This document shows, one piece after another, positions 22,930-34,551 of a stretch of DNA of 64,000 bases. Every line of letters begins with the position of its first letter. Position 1 is the first letter of the stretch. Source of the DNA: Neoechinorhynchus agilis. Taxonomy: Eukaryota > Animalia > Acanthocephala. Location: contig JBMGUZ010000004.1 in assembly GCA_051530055.1 (NCBI GenBank), positions 1 through 64,000 on the forward strand, in the 5' to 3' direction. The position numbers were made by a program, and so were the translations under genes. The notes beneath the pieces are model-generated. The model was given only the letters and a program-made list of their open reading frames with translations. It ran no database searches and was not told the DNA's origin.

Positions 22930-23669
22930 AATATATTCATAATTTTTTTCTTCAGTTCACCATCATAATTATGATGAAGAACACTACCATAGAATGGCTG
23001 TGGATATCTTATCGGTTCCAGAGTTCCGATCTAATAATGTATGACCCACTAAAAAGCGAGGAAATATCTTCAACCAATATCTACTAACACTAAAGAAGCA
23101 TGGAAGGATTGATGAGCAAATATACCAAAAACATCGTTCCAACAACGGACTTACACCTAACATGTACTTATTGGCAAAAGTACAGAAGTCCCCACTAAAG
23201 GCTCGGCCAATTATTGCATCGCATTCTGCATATAATACGTAAACAGCTTGATATTGGCTACCATGTTAAGAAACTCAGTGCCTCCGGACGAGCACACAGC
23301 GTCATCAAGTGTGGAGTTACAAGGGAGATTGAATTCGCACGCATGTGCAGAATATAGAATGATTTTTGCTGATGTCAAACTTCGAAGGCAAGAGCTATGA
23401 TCAAGTAGATGGTTTGTGCTTGGGGAAGGGGGAGTCCACTTGCCCCAGTTCTAACCGAATTGTTCATGCGCGAATGGGAGGCTAGGAACGTTTCAAGCCT
23501 ACCTGGGGTGAAGTTCCGGTAGAGAAACGTATATGGCACTTTTATCTTAGTCGATGAAATCACAGAACCGGAAAATTTTTCTCACGTGCTGAATTAGAAG
23601 CACAGCAACATTCAATGGGCAGTGGACGGAGAATCATAATGCGATCTTTTTTGGACGTTTCGATAACGC

Positions 23670-24700
23670 GACGTAGCAAATCGCATTTGTTTGATTCGTA
23701 AAAAGTCGTCAACAAAATTTGAGAACATCGGTGCAATCACCGCATAGGATATACCTTAAAAAGCATACAAGGTCTAACATGCTTAATCGCTTAAATTATT
23801 TATTTCTGATGTTTTTATGAACGTCAATAGGTAAACTAAAACAAAGATGACGATAGCGACAAAACCCTTTATATGAGGGTTAAATCAGCATAAAAAGTTG
23901 ATCAAGGAAAGGTTTATTAACTACAAATTAATTGCTGTTTTTGATATTGATAATAACGGTTGCTTTTAAAAGAAATTAAAGACGAAAACCAAAAGAACTT
24001 TTAAAGCTGTCGCAAATCTGAAAACGGATTTGCAATCAGATCGTCGAGAAGTACTAAATTGACAATACTGTATATGGTGAGTTTTCGTTCTAACGTCGCA
24101 AATCGCATTTGTAAAATTCGTGATATAAATACGTTAATTAATTTATAATTAAATAACTTTTTTCCTATCAACGTTTAAGGCTTATTTAACATGCATTAAC
24201 TGTTTTTTTGTTGCTATGCTCATCTATGTCTTTAGTTTACCTATCGAAGTTAATGAAAGACACCAGAAATAAGTAATGACACCGATTAAGCTGGTAAGAC
24301 CTAATAAGCTTTTTTGGGTATTTCTGATGCGGTGCTTTCAATGATGTTATCGAATTTTGTTGGCATTTGCAGATTTAGCGACCTTTCACGTTTGTGACTT
24401 TTGATGAATTGAACAAATGCGATTTGCGACGTTAATACGAAAGCCAACAATATGCAGTAGTATCTATTTAGTACTTCTCGACGCGCTAACTCGAAATCCG
24501 TTTTCAGATTTGCGATAGCTTCAGTAGTTCTTTAGTTATTCATCTTTAAGTTTTCTAGCAAACAACCGTGATTATTGATATCAAAACATCAAATAATTTA
24601 CATTTAAATAACTTTTTCTCTATCAACTTTCAACGCTGATTGCACCTGCATATGCTGTTTTTAGTTTCTATGCTCGTCTATCTCTTTAGTTTACCTATTG
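23670..24700. repeat. Diverged 453-bp-family units in inverted arrangement (centre ~24130)
   Basis: 23690-24120 (+) and 24150-24690 (-) share CGCAAATCTGAAAACGGATTT, GTACTAAAT, CGTCGCAAATCGCATTTG. Confidence 0.7.
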
Positions 24701-24880
24701 AAGTTGGCCGCGAACGGGAAAACCTGAACCGCCGGGACGAATTGGCAGGGAGCATGGACCTCTTGTGAACTCCCTTTGTGTGTTTTAGATTATCAAGGAA
24801 CCTGAAGAAGGCGTGAGGCGCCGAAATATCGGATTCAATAAAAGATTGTGTGTGTCCCTCAACGTCTAAAAAATCAAAAA
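24700..24880 (+). mobile_element. Penelope-like 3' terminus with hammerhead core
   Basis: CTGAAGA(24802)-GGCG/CGCC-GAAA-TATC then AATAAA at 24837. Confidence 0.55.
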
Positions 24881-24884
24881 CCAT

Positions 24885-25295
24885 TAATCAATAATGTTTT
24901 CCAAAAGCGCGTCTAAATAAAGGTGAAACACTAAGAGTGAATACACGAATGCGTTTTCAATTCTCTTGTTTTTATTGATAATGTCTTCCAAAAGCGCGTC
25001 TAAATTAGAGTGAAACACTACAAGTGAGTACACTAATGCGTTTTTATATCTCAAGTTTTTATTTGATTGATAATGTTTTCCAAAAGCGCGTCTAAGTTAG
25101 AGTGAAACACTACAAGTGAGTACACTAATGCGTTTTTATATCTCAAGATTTTATTTGATTGATAATGTTTTCCAAAAGCGCGTCTAAATTAAAGCGAAGC
25201 ACTAAGAGTGAGTACACGATTGCGTTTTCAAATCTCTTGTTTTTATTTGATTGATAATGTTTTCCAAAAGCGCGTCTAAATTAAAGTGAAGCACC
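24885..25295 (-). repeat. 80-bp satellite, ~5 units, reverse orientation
   Basis: TGATAATGTTTTCCAAAAGCGCGTCTAAATT repeated. Confidence 0.92.
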
Positions 25296-25299
25296 TTTT

Positions 25300-28200
25300 A
25301 CGATGATCGGACTCGATGTTACTGATTCTTGTCGGTCACGTAAAAGAAGCAGCTCTGGCGATGCGGCAGCGAACGGGAGCAACAAAATCATCCAGTGCAA
25401 CGGAAAAAGCGAGGGCGTCGTAGCTCTCGCCGACGACTTGAGTGTTGAAATGAGCGAAACTGTCGCCAGAGGCAACGAAAGCGTCAGTTGAAGCTCATCA
25501 CCGTGTTGGGTACGGACTGTTCAGGTGGTGCTGACAGCCGTAAGCCCTCTGACCCAGCTATTTTAGATAGGAGAGAATTACGAATCGGATCCTTGAATTG
25601 TAGGAGTCTGCGAGCGCAATGGTGTAAGGGAACCCTGGCCAAATTGGCAAGGGACGCCAGAATGGATCTTGTGTTTTTACAAGAATTGCGCATAAGAGGC
25701 CAGTCAGACACAGACGTAAACCAGGAGGATTTAGGAGGAGGCTGGTCATTATGTTACCTATCGGCGGGCAGTCGAGGAAATGGAGGTGTAGACGTTTGTT
25801 TATCACCCCGCCTCCGAAACTGAGCACTATGCAGTACTATAACTAACCGAATCCTTCGTGTCAGCAAAAAGCTTCGGTCGAGAAATCTCTATGCTTTTGG
25901 CGTATATTCACCGACCACCTCGTCGGATGAAGAGGCGGTTGAAGGATTTTATGGGAATCTAGCCGAAGCATTAGATGATGTACCGAACAGAGACGCCCTC
26001 CTAATAGCCGGTGACTTCAACGCAATTTTACCGCATTCCGAAAGATCGCTATATGTGTTGAAAGGCGAGAATCGGAACAGCCGGTACTTGGTTGAGGCAC
26101 TGGAGCGGCATGATCTCGTGTCTGCTAACACTTTATTCCGGAAGCGTCCGTGGCGTTTTGCGACGTTTATGGGTTAAAAGAATCGGTCCAAACATGTCAT
26201 GGGAAAAAATCCCAAGAGACGCTTAGCTCAGCTTGACCATGGATCAAAAATGCTAACACGTTCACAGTTGATGGGCTGCCAACCGTCCACAAGTTGGTGA
26301 TGTGTCAATTGAGCATGAGTGACTCGTTGTTCCGTGCGCCTCAGCATCCTCCACGTCCGTTCTATGGCGCCCTCGCTAATGAGGAGAAGAGGAGAGTTCG
26401 ATATCGAACTAGAAAATGAACTAAGTTTGATGCCAGCTGCTGAAACGGATATTGATTTTTATTACAAGTCAATCTGCGACGCAGTGACCGAAGCGGCCGA
26501 GAAAACCCCCCAAAAATGGGCGTTTAAAAGCTGCAAAGGTTATATGGCAGGAGGACTGTGAATTTATGGCAATGGCTGAGTAGATCAAAACTCTAAGAAA
26601 AAGAGGAAAACGATCTGAGGCTCCCATTGCAAGTCTTGAACTTGCCAACCTCTGTAATGAAAAGCAAAAGGCTTCGATAGAGGATGCAGTTCGTTGGATC
26701 GCATATAAGGAAGGTTTTGTTCGTACCTCCTTAGCATGGAGAGCGATAAACATTATCACAGGAAGACCCCAAAGACAGCCAAATTTGATTCAACGTCCCT
26801 CCCCGGAAATCAGAAAAAAAGAGAATCGCAAATTATTTTGCGGAAATTCTCAATTCGCCATTATCGTCTTTCGAAGTGAATCCTGCACTTCCAAAAGGCA
26901 CAATCGTCCCAAGCACAGAGGCATACTTCACTGGACCGTTTTCCGTGAAGGAAGCGATCGCTGCGGCGAAAATGATGCGTGCGGGACGTGTATTAGGCCC
27001 AGATGGAATAATGGTAGAGGTACTGAGGTTTGAATCTATTGCCAGAAAAATCATACTGATAATGATTGGCATAATGAATGGTGGCTCAGTACCTCAAATC
27101 TGGCAAACGGCGCATTTAACAATGATCCCCAACAAATGCTGCTCGACAAAGGTGGAGGACTACAGAGATATATCCTTGATGTCCAACACGGCAAAACTTT
27201 TCAGCAGCATTTTGAGACGCCGAATTCAGCCAATCCTCGAGCCGTTTCAAAGAATTGAACAGAACGGCTTCAGGAAAGGTAGAGGCACCACAGAGCACAT
27301 ATTGGCTTTGAGGAAGATCCTCGAGGAGGTACGAATTCATCAAACGGATGTGTCGCTGTTATTTGTTGATTTCCGTCGAGCTTTCGATTCGGTAAATCGA
27401 ACGATGATTGGCGGTAACCTAAAGGAGTCACATCCTTTATGGCATTATATAAAAACACAAGGTCCGCCATCAAGACAGCTGACGGTTTGACAGAATACTT
27501 TTCCACCACTTCAGGTGTTTTGCAGGGCGACACATTGGCTAGTTTCCTCTTCATCTTAGTGCTTGATTGGGTAATGAGATGGACACTACCGAATGATGAG
27601 ATGAATTTCTTCTGATGAGGATAAAAGTTCGCAGGTACCCTGGGATACGCGCCTCCTACATGGCATATGCCGGCGACATCGTATTGATGTCCTCAACAGT
27701 CGAAGGGGCCCAACGCATGCTAAATCGACTGTGCGATAGGGCGAGTATGATTGGTCATACCATCAACTAGAAAAAGACGGAATTCTTGACGATTCCGCAT
27801 GTCGCGCATGCAGTCTCTGGCGAAGGGCCGAATGGCGTTGGGCAATTAAAACAGATAGAGCGGTATTTCTATCTGGGAGCTGTCGTTCCTGAAGTGAGTG
27901 CGGATGTCAGCCGACGGAGAGCTATTGCATGGAGAACAATAGGGCAACTTAAGCCACTGTTTGGCAGTGAGTCTTTGCCAGATGAACTCCGTTCGCAGCT
28001 GTTCAGGGCTCTAACTGAGAGCATTCTCTGCTACAATGCAGAGACGTGGACACTGTCGCCAACGGCGACGAGTCAGTATGACCAAAATCATTCATCTCTC
28101 TTACGTACGGCGTTTAAGGTCAGATGGTCAGATAAAGTGACCAACAAAGCACTGTATATGAGAGCCGGAGTCCAACCGCGCAGTGAATATTTGCGCCGCA

Positions 28201-28420
28201 GACGACTGCAGTTATCGGGCAATATAATTCGGTCTGAGGCATCTTGCCCACAGGTCGTGCAACAGTTCCTTTTCTGGAAGCCAACGACATTGTATCGTAA
28301 AGGCAAAGGAAACTGTCGTACATACGATCACCTGAATTTAAGAGACGCGAATTGCCCGCATAACAGGACTGCTGTCCTGTATTTTAGATCCCTTGCGGAG
28401 TCTAATTCTATCTGACGGGC
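25300..28420 (+). mobile_element. RTE-clade LINE pseudogene (APE + RT)
   Basis: GSLNCRSL..LQE, IAGDFNA, GPDGI, QNGFRKGRGT, VDFRRAFDSV, GVLQGDTL, RRRLQLSG..WKP; multiple stops. Confidence 0.88.
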
Positions 28421-28815
28421 TTATACCTACGGTGCAACATATGAAAGTACCGTTGCACACAATACAATACAATTTAGAGGGGCAAAATGCTTGAACGTGA
28501 GAAATCTCGCTAGAAGTGATTGAGAGTGAGAGGGGACCCGGTGCATACGTAATGATTGTAAGATCATCAGCATACAAGAAGTATTTAGAATAAGAAAAGG
28601 GTGGAATAAGATCGTTCAAGAAAACGTTGAAAAGAATGGGGGAGAAAACAGCTCTTCGAGAACTCTCTTGTTGATTGCTAAGGTGTTCGGGTGATGCTCC
28701 CTATTTCGATAACTTGTAATCTATTGTTTAGCAAAGAATTTCAAGCATTTGATTTGCCAGGCGCCACGACCAAATTTAAAGCATGTGTCAAGGAGAAGAT
28801 TGATCGGCGGAATCA
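28420..28815 (-). mobile_element. CR1/L2-like LINE RT fragment
   Basis: FLNDLIP..FLYADDLTII; same family as 39680-40165 and 62275-62640. Confidence 0.8.
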
Positions 28816-29668
28816 GAAAAAATAGGCCTTCCGATTTACGTTCGAAAATGTCTATTGGGTAGGAGGTCCTTCGAGTTGGGCATCTTTTTCAAGGAGCTGA
28901 TTTCTGTATTCGAATTAAGGAGAGCGAGCAATTGCATTCTTACTCCGGGATTAAGTGAACCTTTTTAAGATAAGGCGTAAGTTTGTCATCCTCCGCCGCA
29001 AAGTAAGCTTGCAAGTTTTTGAAACTAAGTCCTTTTTCACCAATCGTTCCATCTGGTTGAAAACAGATTTTATATGCTGCCAGCTTTACAAATCGATTAT
29101 AAATTTTCATTCTGAGAAACTTAAAACTGACCCTTTAAATCAATAATGAATATTTTTCGTGGAATGCCTTTAAAAAAGAATAAAATCCATGAAAATTTAA
29201 AGACTTCGAGCAAGCAGACTACATTACTAATTGTCACAAATTATTTCGATTAAAAAATGAAGATTAAAATTTAAACGTGCGCCAAATAATTTCACGGACT
29301 ATATTTCTTCCGTTTTTTGTACATTGCAAATCGCCGTCTGTTTCTTATCGCTGCTTGTACATTCCGCGCATCGTTCTGTTGTGTTCGCTGATGAATTGAG
29401 CGATTTTGGAGCTGATGGTTTTTTGACCTTTGTAATGAGGACCCGCGATAGCGCCTCTGAGTATCAATGAACGTGAGTAATTTTTTGAAAATAAATAGAA
29501 ACTTATTTTCCACTATTAATGGAGGCTTCCGATCGGCGGAGAATATCTCTCTAAATCTCAAGAAACCTTGTATCTTGGATGGAGATTATTGTTGATTAGC
29601 TCATCCACCACGATCTCATACGCAGATGCCCTTCACACCTGCGTTTTGACTGTGGCGTACTATTCAAC
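28815..29668 (-). repeat. Repeat X with R2-derived head
   Basis: Reverse complement matches 58328-58740 and 19360-19910; 28815-29310 also matches 42325-42810. Confidence 0.82.
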
Positions 29669-29669
29669 A

Positions 29670-29701
<32 letters not shown>
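29669..29701 (-). rRNA. 28S rRNA: 33-nt 28S remnant (R2 downstream target)
   Basis: Reverse complement TAGCCAAATGCCTCGTCATCTAATTAGTGACGT. Confidence 0.85.
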
Positions 29702-30207
29702 AGGTCGAATTTATTTGTTTATAACAAATAGGTGCTGTTACAATCTTTTTAATCTTTGGCTTGATTTCGTTCTTCGGTTGCTTTCGTGATTTTTCTTTTA
29801 TTATTATTTTTTGAGCTGCTTAACAATTGTAAATTGTTTTCATGTCCCATATAATTGTTGTATGCTTGAATGGACTGCTCCGCTGCTGTTTGTGTCATGT
29901 TTAACGCGGTCTTTTTGGCTAAGTTGAACTCGCGTAATCTTTTCAATAGTGCCGGCGAGTACGTTTCTCTTCTTCCAACTGCTAACACAATAGTCTTAAC
30001 GTCGTGTTTTTTAAATTGTATTGGGCCGCCACGTTCTCAACGATTACTTTGTACTTATTTTCCTTCTCGGCAATTATATTTTCCTCTCGCTCGCTTGTCG
30101 TTTCGTAATATACCGCGAAATCGATTATGTTTGCTTGCCATCAGCAGAACGTCATCGGCGTATACAAGATGCGACAGACGTACGTGTCCTTTAAGCTGAA
30201 CACCTAT

Positions 30208-30324
30208 CGTTGACATGGTGGATGAACCAAACAGCATACCAGTTTTTCAACAAAACTGTTTTTGTACAACACACACTATTTTATGCCCATTTACGCTAGC
30301 CCAATCAATAGCGTACTTACCACA
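30208..30324 (-). repeat. 3' LTR (117 bp)
   Basis: TGTGGTAAG...TCAACG; 4 differences from the 5' LTR counted by eye. Confidence 0.92.
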
Positions 30325-30443
30325 TTTCCTCCCCCGCAAATTCCTAACCTATTTTGCGGTATTCGTCGTACGGCCGTATAGGAGGCCTCCGGCCCTGATT
30401 TCGTGACTTCACCTCCATCTTCTGCATTGAACTCTACCTTCCT

Positions 30444-31217
30444 TTAAAGTTCTTCCTCTTCAACCTTTATGCTTACATTATCCTTTTCTTGTTCACATTC
30501 TTCGTAGTCTTCTTCCCTTTTCCTCACGAAATCCCCGTGCGCCCTATTTTGCGTTCCGTTTTTATCCACGATTCGATAGGACACCGGTCTTGATCGTTGA
30601 TCCACGACTTCCTTTTGCGATTTCCCAGCTCTTCCTTTTTTCCACCACACTTCATTGCCTTCCCCAAACTCGCGATAACGCCCCTCCGGTCTCTGCCTCT
30701 GTCTTCGCGCTGTCCTGTCTCGCACTGTTTCCTCTGTATTTGGTCTGATATTGTCGAACACTGTATTCATCCTCCTCCCTAACATCATTTCTGCTGGAGT
30801 TTTTCCTGTGATTGCATGAGGCGTGTTTCGGTATGTTTGTAGAAATTCCGTAAGTGCCCTTCGAGTATCCATTCCTTCCCCTACCATTCCGCGTCGTTTA
30901 GGGGTTCCTATGAATCGTTCTACCAACCCATTCGTTTGTGGGTGGTAAGGACTCGCCTTTATGATCTCGATCCCATTTTCTTCGCAAAACGCCTTGAACT
31001 GTTGCGACATAAATTGAGGCCCGTTATCGCTCACAATTTTCTTTGGAGTCCCGAATCGAGCAAATGTTTCCCTCATCCGATCGATCACCACTTCGGATGT
31101 TATTTTGCATGTATTGTAGAACCAAACCTCGGGCCACTTACTCCTTGCATCTACGATCTCCAAATACATCTTGGAGTTTGTCGGTCCTGCCAAATCGTTG
31201 TGCACGCGCTCCCACAC
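30444..31217 (-). CDS. pol: Gypsy integrase catalytic core
   Basis: RVHNDLAGP, VSDNGPQF, NGLVERF. Confidence 0.9.
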   Translation of the reverse strand: MWERVHNDLAGPTNSKMYLEIVDARSKWPEVWFYNTCKITSEVVIDRMRETFARFGTPKKIVSDNGPQFMSQQFKAFCEENGIEIIKASPYHPQTNGLVERFIGTPKRRGMVGEGMDTRRALTEFLQTYRNTPHAITGKTPAEMMLGRRMNTVFDNIRPNTEETVRDRTARRQRQRPEGRYREFGEGNEVWWKKGRAGKSQKEVVDQRSRPVSYRIVDKNGTQNRAHGDFVRKREEDYEECEQEKDNVSIKVEEEEL

Positions 31218-31468
31218 TTCCGCCGGACAGTCCCAAGGTATAAGCGGCAGTTGTTGAATATTTGGTCGGGCTATTTGGCACCTTTCGCAACCTTCTACCT
31301 TCCGCCGTATGTCATCTTCTATACCGGGCCACCATGCGTAATATCAGATAGAGCTTTTGTGCCTTCAATTCCTGGATGACCACGATGTAACATATCTAAC
31401 ACTTCCTTTCTCAGAGAAAATGGGATGACAATTCTTTGTAAGTGCATGACAATGCCGTTTTCGCAGGA

Positions 31469-33532
31469 TTACTCATCTGCTCGGGCCGCGAACTGCCTGT
31501 CCGTATCGAGCATCGTTTTCGGCAATCCGAGCTGCAAATATCGTCCAATCCTTACCAGTTGACGATCTTTAATCGATTCCGCTTTCAATCTTGACTTCGT
31601 TAAACCGCAAGCCACCACCTTCTCCTCTTGCACCATTCGTAGCGTTATTGTCTCCTCCTCTGAGTATTTCTGCTTTGGAGGGTCTACCGGAAATCTCGAC
31701 AAAAAATCAGCACATTTATTCTCGACCCCTTGAACATATTCGATCTCAAAGTCGTATTGATTCAAGAACAGGCCCCAGCGTACCAGTCGATTATTCGTCA
31801 TCTTGGACAAATCTCTCCGCATTCCAAAAATATGCTTCAGGGGTTTGTGATCGGTCTCTAAGATGAATCGATGTCCATATAAGAATTGGTGGTACCTCTT
31901 AATCGAGCTGACGATTGCTAAAGCTTCCTTTTCTATAGTCGCGTATTTCTTTTCCGCTGAGGTAAGTGTCCGGGATACAAACATGATCGGTTCTTTGCTC
32001 CCATCTTCCTTCTTATGGAACAATCCCGCACCAATTCCTTCTTCGCTTGCGTCGCATGTCAGCACAGTCATTCTTTTGATATCGAAAGGTACTAGGACCT
32101 TGTGATTTTGGACCGCTCGCTTTACTCCATCGAAGATGTCCTTCTCATACTTTCCCCATTTCCACGGAACTCCTTGTTTCAGTAACGCATACAATCCCCT
32201 GCAGTGAGATTGCAATTCGGGAATGAAGCGTTCTAGATAGTTGACCATACCGATGAACGACTTAAGTTCTTTTTTATTTCGTGGGTATCGCGCCGACGTT
32301 ATCGCAGTCACCTTTTCTCCTTGCGGTTTTATTTTCCCGTCTTCTAAGCTGTGCCCCAAATATCTCACCTGTGCTTCCATAAATCTACATTTATCTCTTT
32401 TGATGCCTATCCCTGCCTCCTCAAGTCGCTCGAGCACTGTCTTTAAATTTTGGAGATGTTCTGCGTCATTCTTTCCGGAGATGATTATATCGTCGAGATA
32501 AGCTCCGGTACTTGGGATATCTATCAACAAATTGTCTATAAATTTCTGGAATATCTGCGGAGCGCAACTTAGTCCGAACGGCATCCTCCGGTACCGGAAC
32601 AATCCCCATGGAGTCGATATATTTAGGAGTTTCCTATGGTCGTCTGCCACCTCTAACTGCAAGTAAGCATCCGATAAATCAATAGTAGAGTACTTCTTGC
32701 CATTCCCCAATCTCTGTAGCATGTCGTCGAAAGTTGGCATATGATAGCTGTCCTGCCTTAAAGCTTTATTGATGGTGATTCTGAAATCCGCACAGATTCG
32801 TATTTGTCCATTACTTTTCTTCGTGATGACCATAGGGGTTCCCCATTCTAAATTTGTGTCGCCTGTCTCCACTCGTTCCAATACCCCCTTGTTCGTCAAT
32901 CGTTCCATTTCTTTAACTACCGCATCCTGTAATGCCCACGGCACTCTCCTCGCTGGTATCCACGTGGGCTGAGCACCGTCTGCAATCGGCAGTGTTACTC
33001 TGAAATTCCTGATGGGGGTACACTTCTCCTCGAAAAGTACTTTAAACTGTTTTAGCATCTCATCCACTCTCTCCTGTACGGGTTTTATTCCCCTGACGAT
33101 CACTGAAGGGGGTAACTCCATATCAAACAGCTTTATCCAGTCAATCCCCCATAAACATCCCTTCGTTCCTTTTACCACGTGCACCACTGTATTCTTCTTT
33201 ATCCCTCTTGTTTCGATTATCACTTTGCACTTGCCCAGACAGTCGATTTCGGATCCTCCAAACGCCTTCAATCGCTTCGTCGCTTTCAAACTCGGCTTTC
33301 CGATCTTATTCCACATATCCTCGTCGATGATACTAACTTCCGCGCCAGTATCAAAATTCATTGTCACTTGACATCCATCGACCCTCGCCGTTATTTCTGC
33401 TCGATTACCCTCGTAATTTGCAGTGCAGATTAGCCCATAACAACCATAACCTTTCTTAAGTTCCCACTCATCCTCTCTAGGCTGCACTCCTTTTACAGCT
33501 TCTACTTGTCTCACCCCCGCTTTTCTACACAT
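31469..33532 (-). CDS. pol: Gypsy Pol: protease, RT, RNase H
   Basis: FDTGAE, YLDDII, TCDASEEGIG, ETDHKPL. Confidence 0.92.
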   Translation of the reverse strand: MCRKAGVRQVEAVKGVQPREDEWELKKGYGCYGLICTANYEGNRAEITARVDGCQVTMNFDTGAEVSIIDEDMWNKIGKPSLKATKRLKAFGGSEIDCLGKCKVIIETRGIKKNTVVHVVKGTKGCLWGIDWIKLFDMELPPSVIVRGIKPVQERVDEMLKQFKVLFEEKCTPIRNFRVTLPIADGAQPTWIPARRVPWALQDAVVKEMERLTNKGVLERVETGDTNLEWGTPMVITKKSNGQIRICADFRITINKALRQDSYHMPTFDDMLQRLGNGKKYSTIDLSDAYLQLEVADDHRKLLNISTPWGLFRYRRMPFGLSCAPQIFQKFIDNLLIDIPSTGAYLDDIIISGKNDAEHLQNLKTVLERLEEAGIGIKRDKCRFMEAQVRYLGHSLEDGKIKPQGEKVTAITSARYPRNKKELKSFIGMVNYLERFIPELQSHCRGLYALLKQGVPWKWGKYEKDIFDGVKRAVQNHKVLVPFDIKRMTVLTCDASEEGIGAGLFHKKEDGSKEPIMFVSRTLTSAEKKYATIEKEALAIVSSIKRYHQFLYGHRFILETDHKPLKHIFGMRRDLSKMTNNRLVRWGLFLNQYDFEIEYVQGVENKCADFLSRFPVDPPKQKYSEEETITLRMVQEEKVVACGLTKSRLKAESIKDRQLVRIGRYLQLGLPKTMLDTDRQFAARADE

Positions 33533-33646
33533 TCGGGCAAAATGTCCGCTAATACCACACTTGTAACATTTTCCTCTACTTGCCGGACATTGAACTTTAT
33601 CTCGATGAACGAATCCGCACTTTCCACATCGATTACCAAACTTCTC

Positions 33647-34321
33647 TTACAGTTCTTGTACTCGCTTATCCTCTGGTTTCCTTGTGAACCTTTGACTTCT
33701 TATTATTCGATCAACCTCGACCTCTCCTCTTTGATCCGAACGCTCGTTACTTTTTGAATCACATAACATCTCACTCGCCTTTTCTGCTACCTCGATCGCT
33801 TCGGCAATCTTTAAGACTTCCTCCAATGATGCTGAATCCTTGCCTTGCATCGCAGCTTTTCTTAAAGCTTTCAAAGGTGTCACCACGATTATATGATCTT
33901 TAATCCTTTCGTCGATCGCTGATCGTTCATCCTTAACTTCCTTGTTGTAGAAACCGCATCCTCGTGCAGCTCCTCGTAGTGCTGTAGCCCACTCGGCGTG
34001 AGTTTGTCCTTCTGCTTTACGGCATGTACCAAAGAGGTAGCGCGCCGTTATCTGGTGCATTGGCTGTGCTACGTGAGCGTCAATCAGCGACTTGACATCT
34101 ACATAGCTGACTTCGTCGAACGGTCGGCCGGCTACCATCTTCTTTAGCTCTGTGTAAATCTTTGGACCCATCCAGGCCAATAGACAGGATCTACGCTTTT
34201 CTTCGTCGCTTTCTTTGATTCCATTGATTTCCATGTGGGCTTCGACTTGTTCTACGTACTCGGCCCAGTTCTCGACTCCATCGAAAGTGTGGAATGGGGT
34301 TATCTGTGCTCCCCGTATCAC
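33647..34321 (-). CDS. gag: Gypsy Gag (frameshifted before the zinc knuckle)
   Basis: ENWAEYVEQ..LLAWMGPKIY..ARYLF; knuckle CYKCGISGHFARMC lies in the next frame. Confidence 0.85.
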   Translation of the reverse strand: MIRGAQITPFHTFDGVENWAEYVEQVEAHMEINGIKESDEEKRRSCLLAWMGPKIYTELKKMVAGRPFDEVSYVDVKSLIDAHVAQPMHQITARYLFGTCRKAEGQTHAEWATALRGAARGCGFYNKEVKDERSAIDERIKDHIIVVTPLKALRKAAMQGKDSASLEEVLKIAEAIEVAEKASEMLCDSKSNERSDQRGEVEVDRIIRSQRFTRKPEDKRVQEL

Positions 34322-34434
34322 ATTTTCTGTTCAATCTGGGCCTTGGGCACCCTTTTGACCATCTCTTCCATCCACACCTTTTGCTGTCCCATGATACCCT
34401 CCATCCACGTCTTCCATTTGTCCTCGTCGCCAGA

Positions 34435-34551
34435 TGTTGACATGGTGGATGAACCAAACAGCGGACCAGTTTTTCAACAAAACTGTTTTTGTACAACACA
34501 CACTATTTTATGCCCATTTACGCTAGCGCAATCAATAGCGTACTTACCACA
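34435..34551 (-). repeat. 5' LTR (117 bp)
   Basis: TGTGGTAAG...TCAACA followed by the PBS at 34421-34432. Confidence 0.93.

Larger units (their letters stand above)
22410..23670 (+). pseudogene. Penelope-like element reverse transcriptase remnant
   Basis: KLDKGRGFCIVD, YLLAKVQKSPLKARPIIAS, GSPLAPVLTELFMREWE, HSNIQWAV..FLDV, with stops. Confidence 0.85.
30208..34551 (-). mobile_element. Full-length Mag-like Ty3/Gypsy LTR retrotransposon (4344 bp) nested in the R2 RT
   Basis: Paired LTRs, PBS TGGCGACGAGGA (complement of a tRNA-Ser(GCT) 3' end), PPT GGGGGAGGAAA, gag-PR-RT-RH-IN order. Confidence 0.96.
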
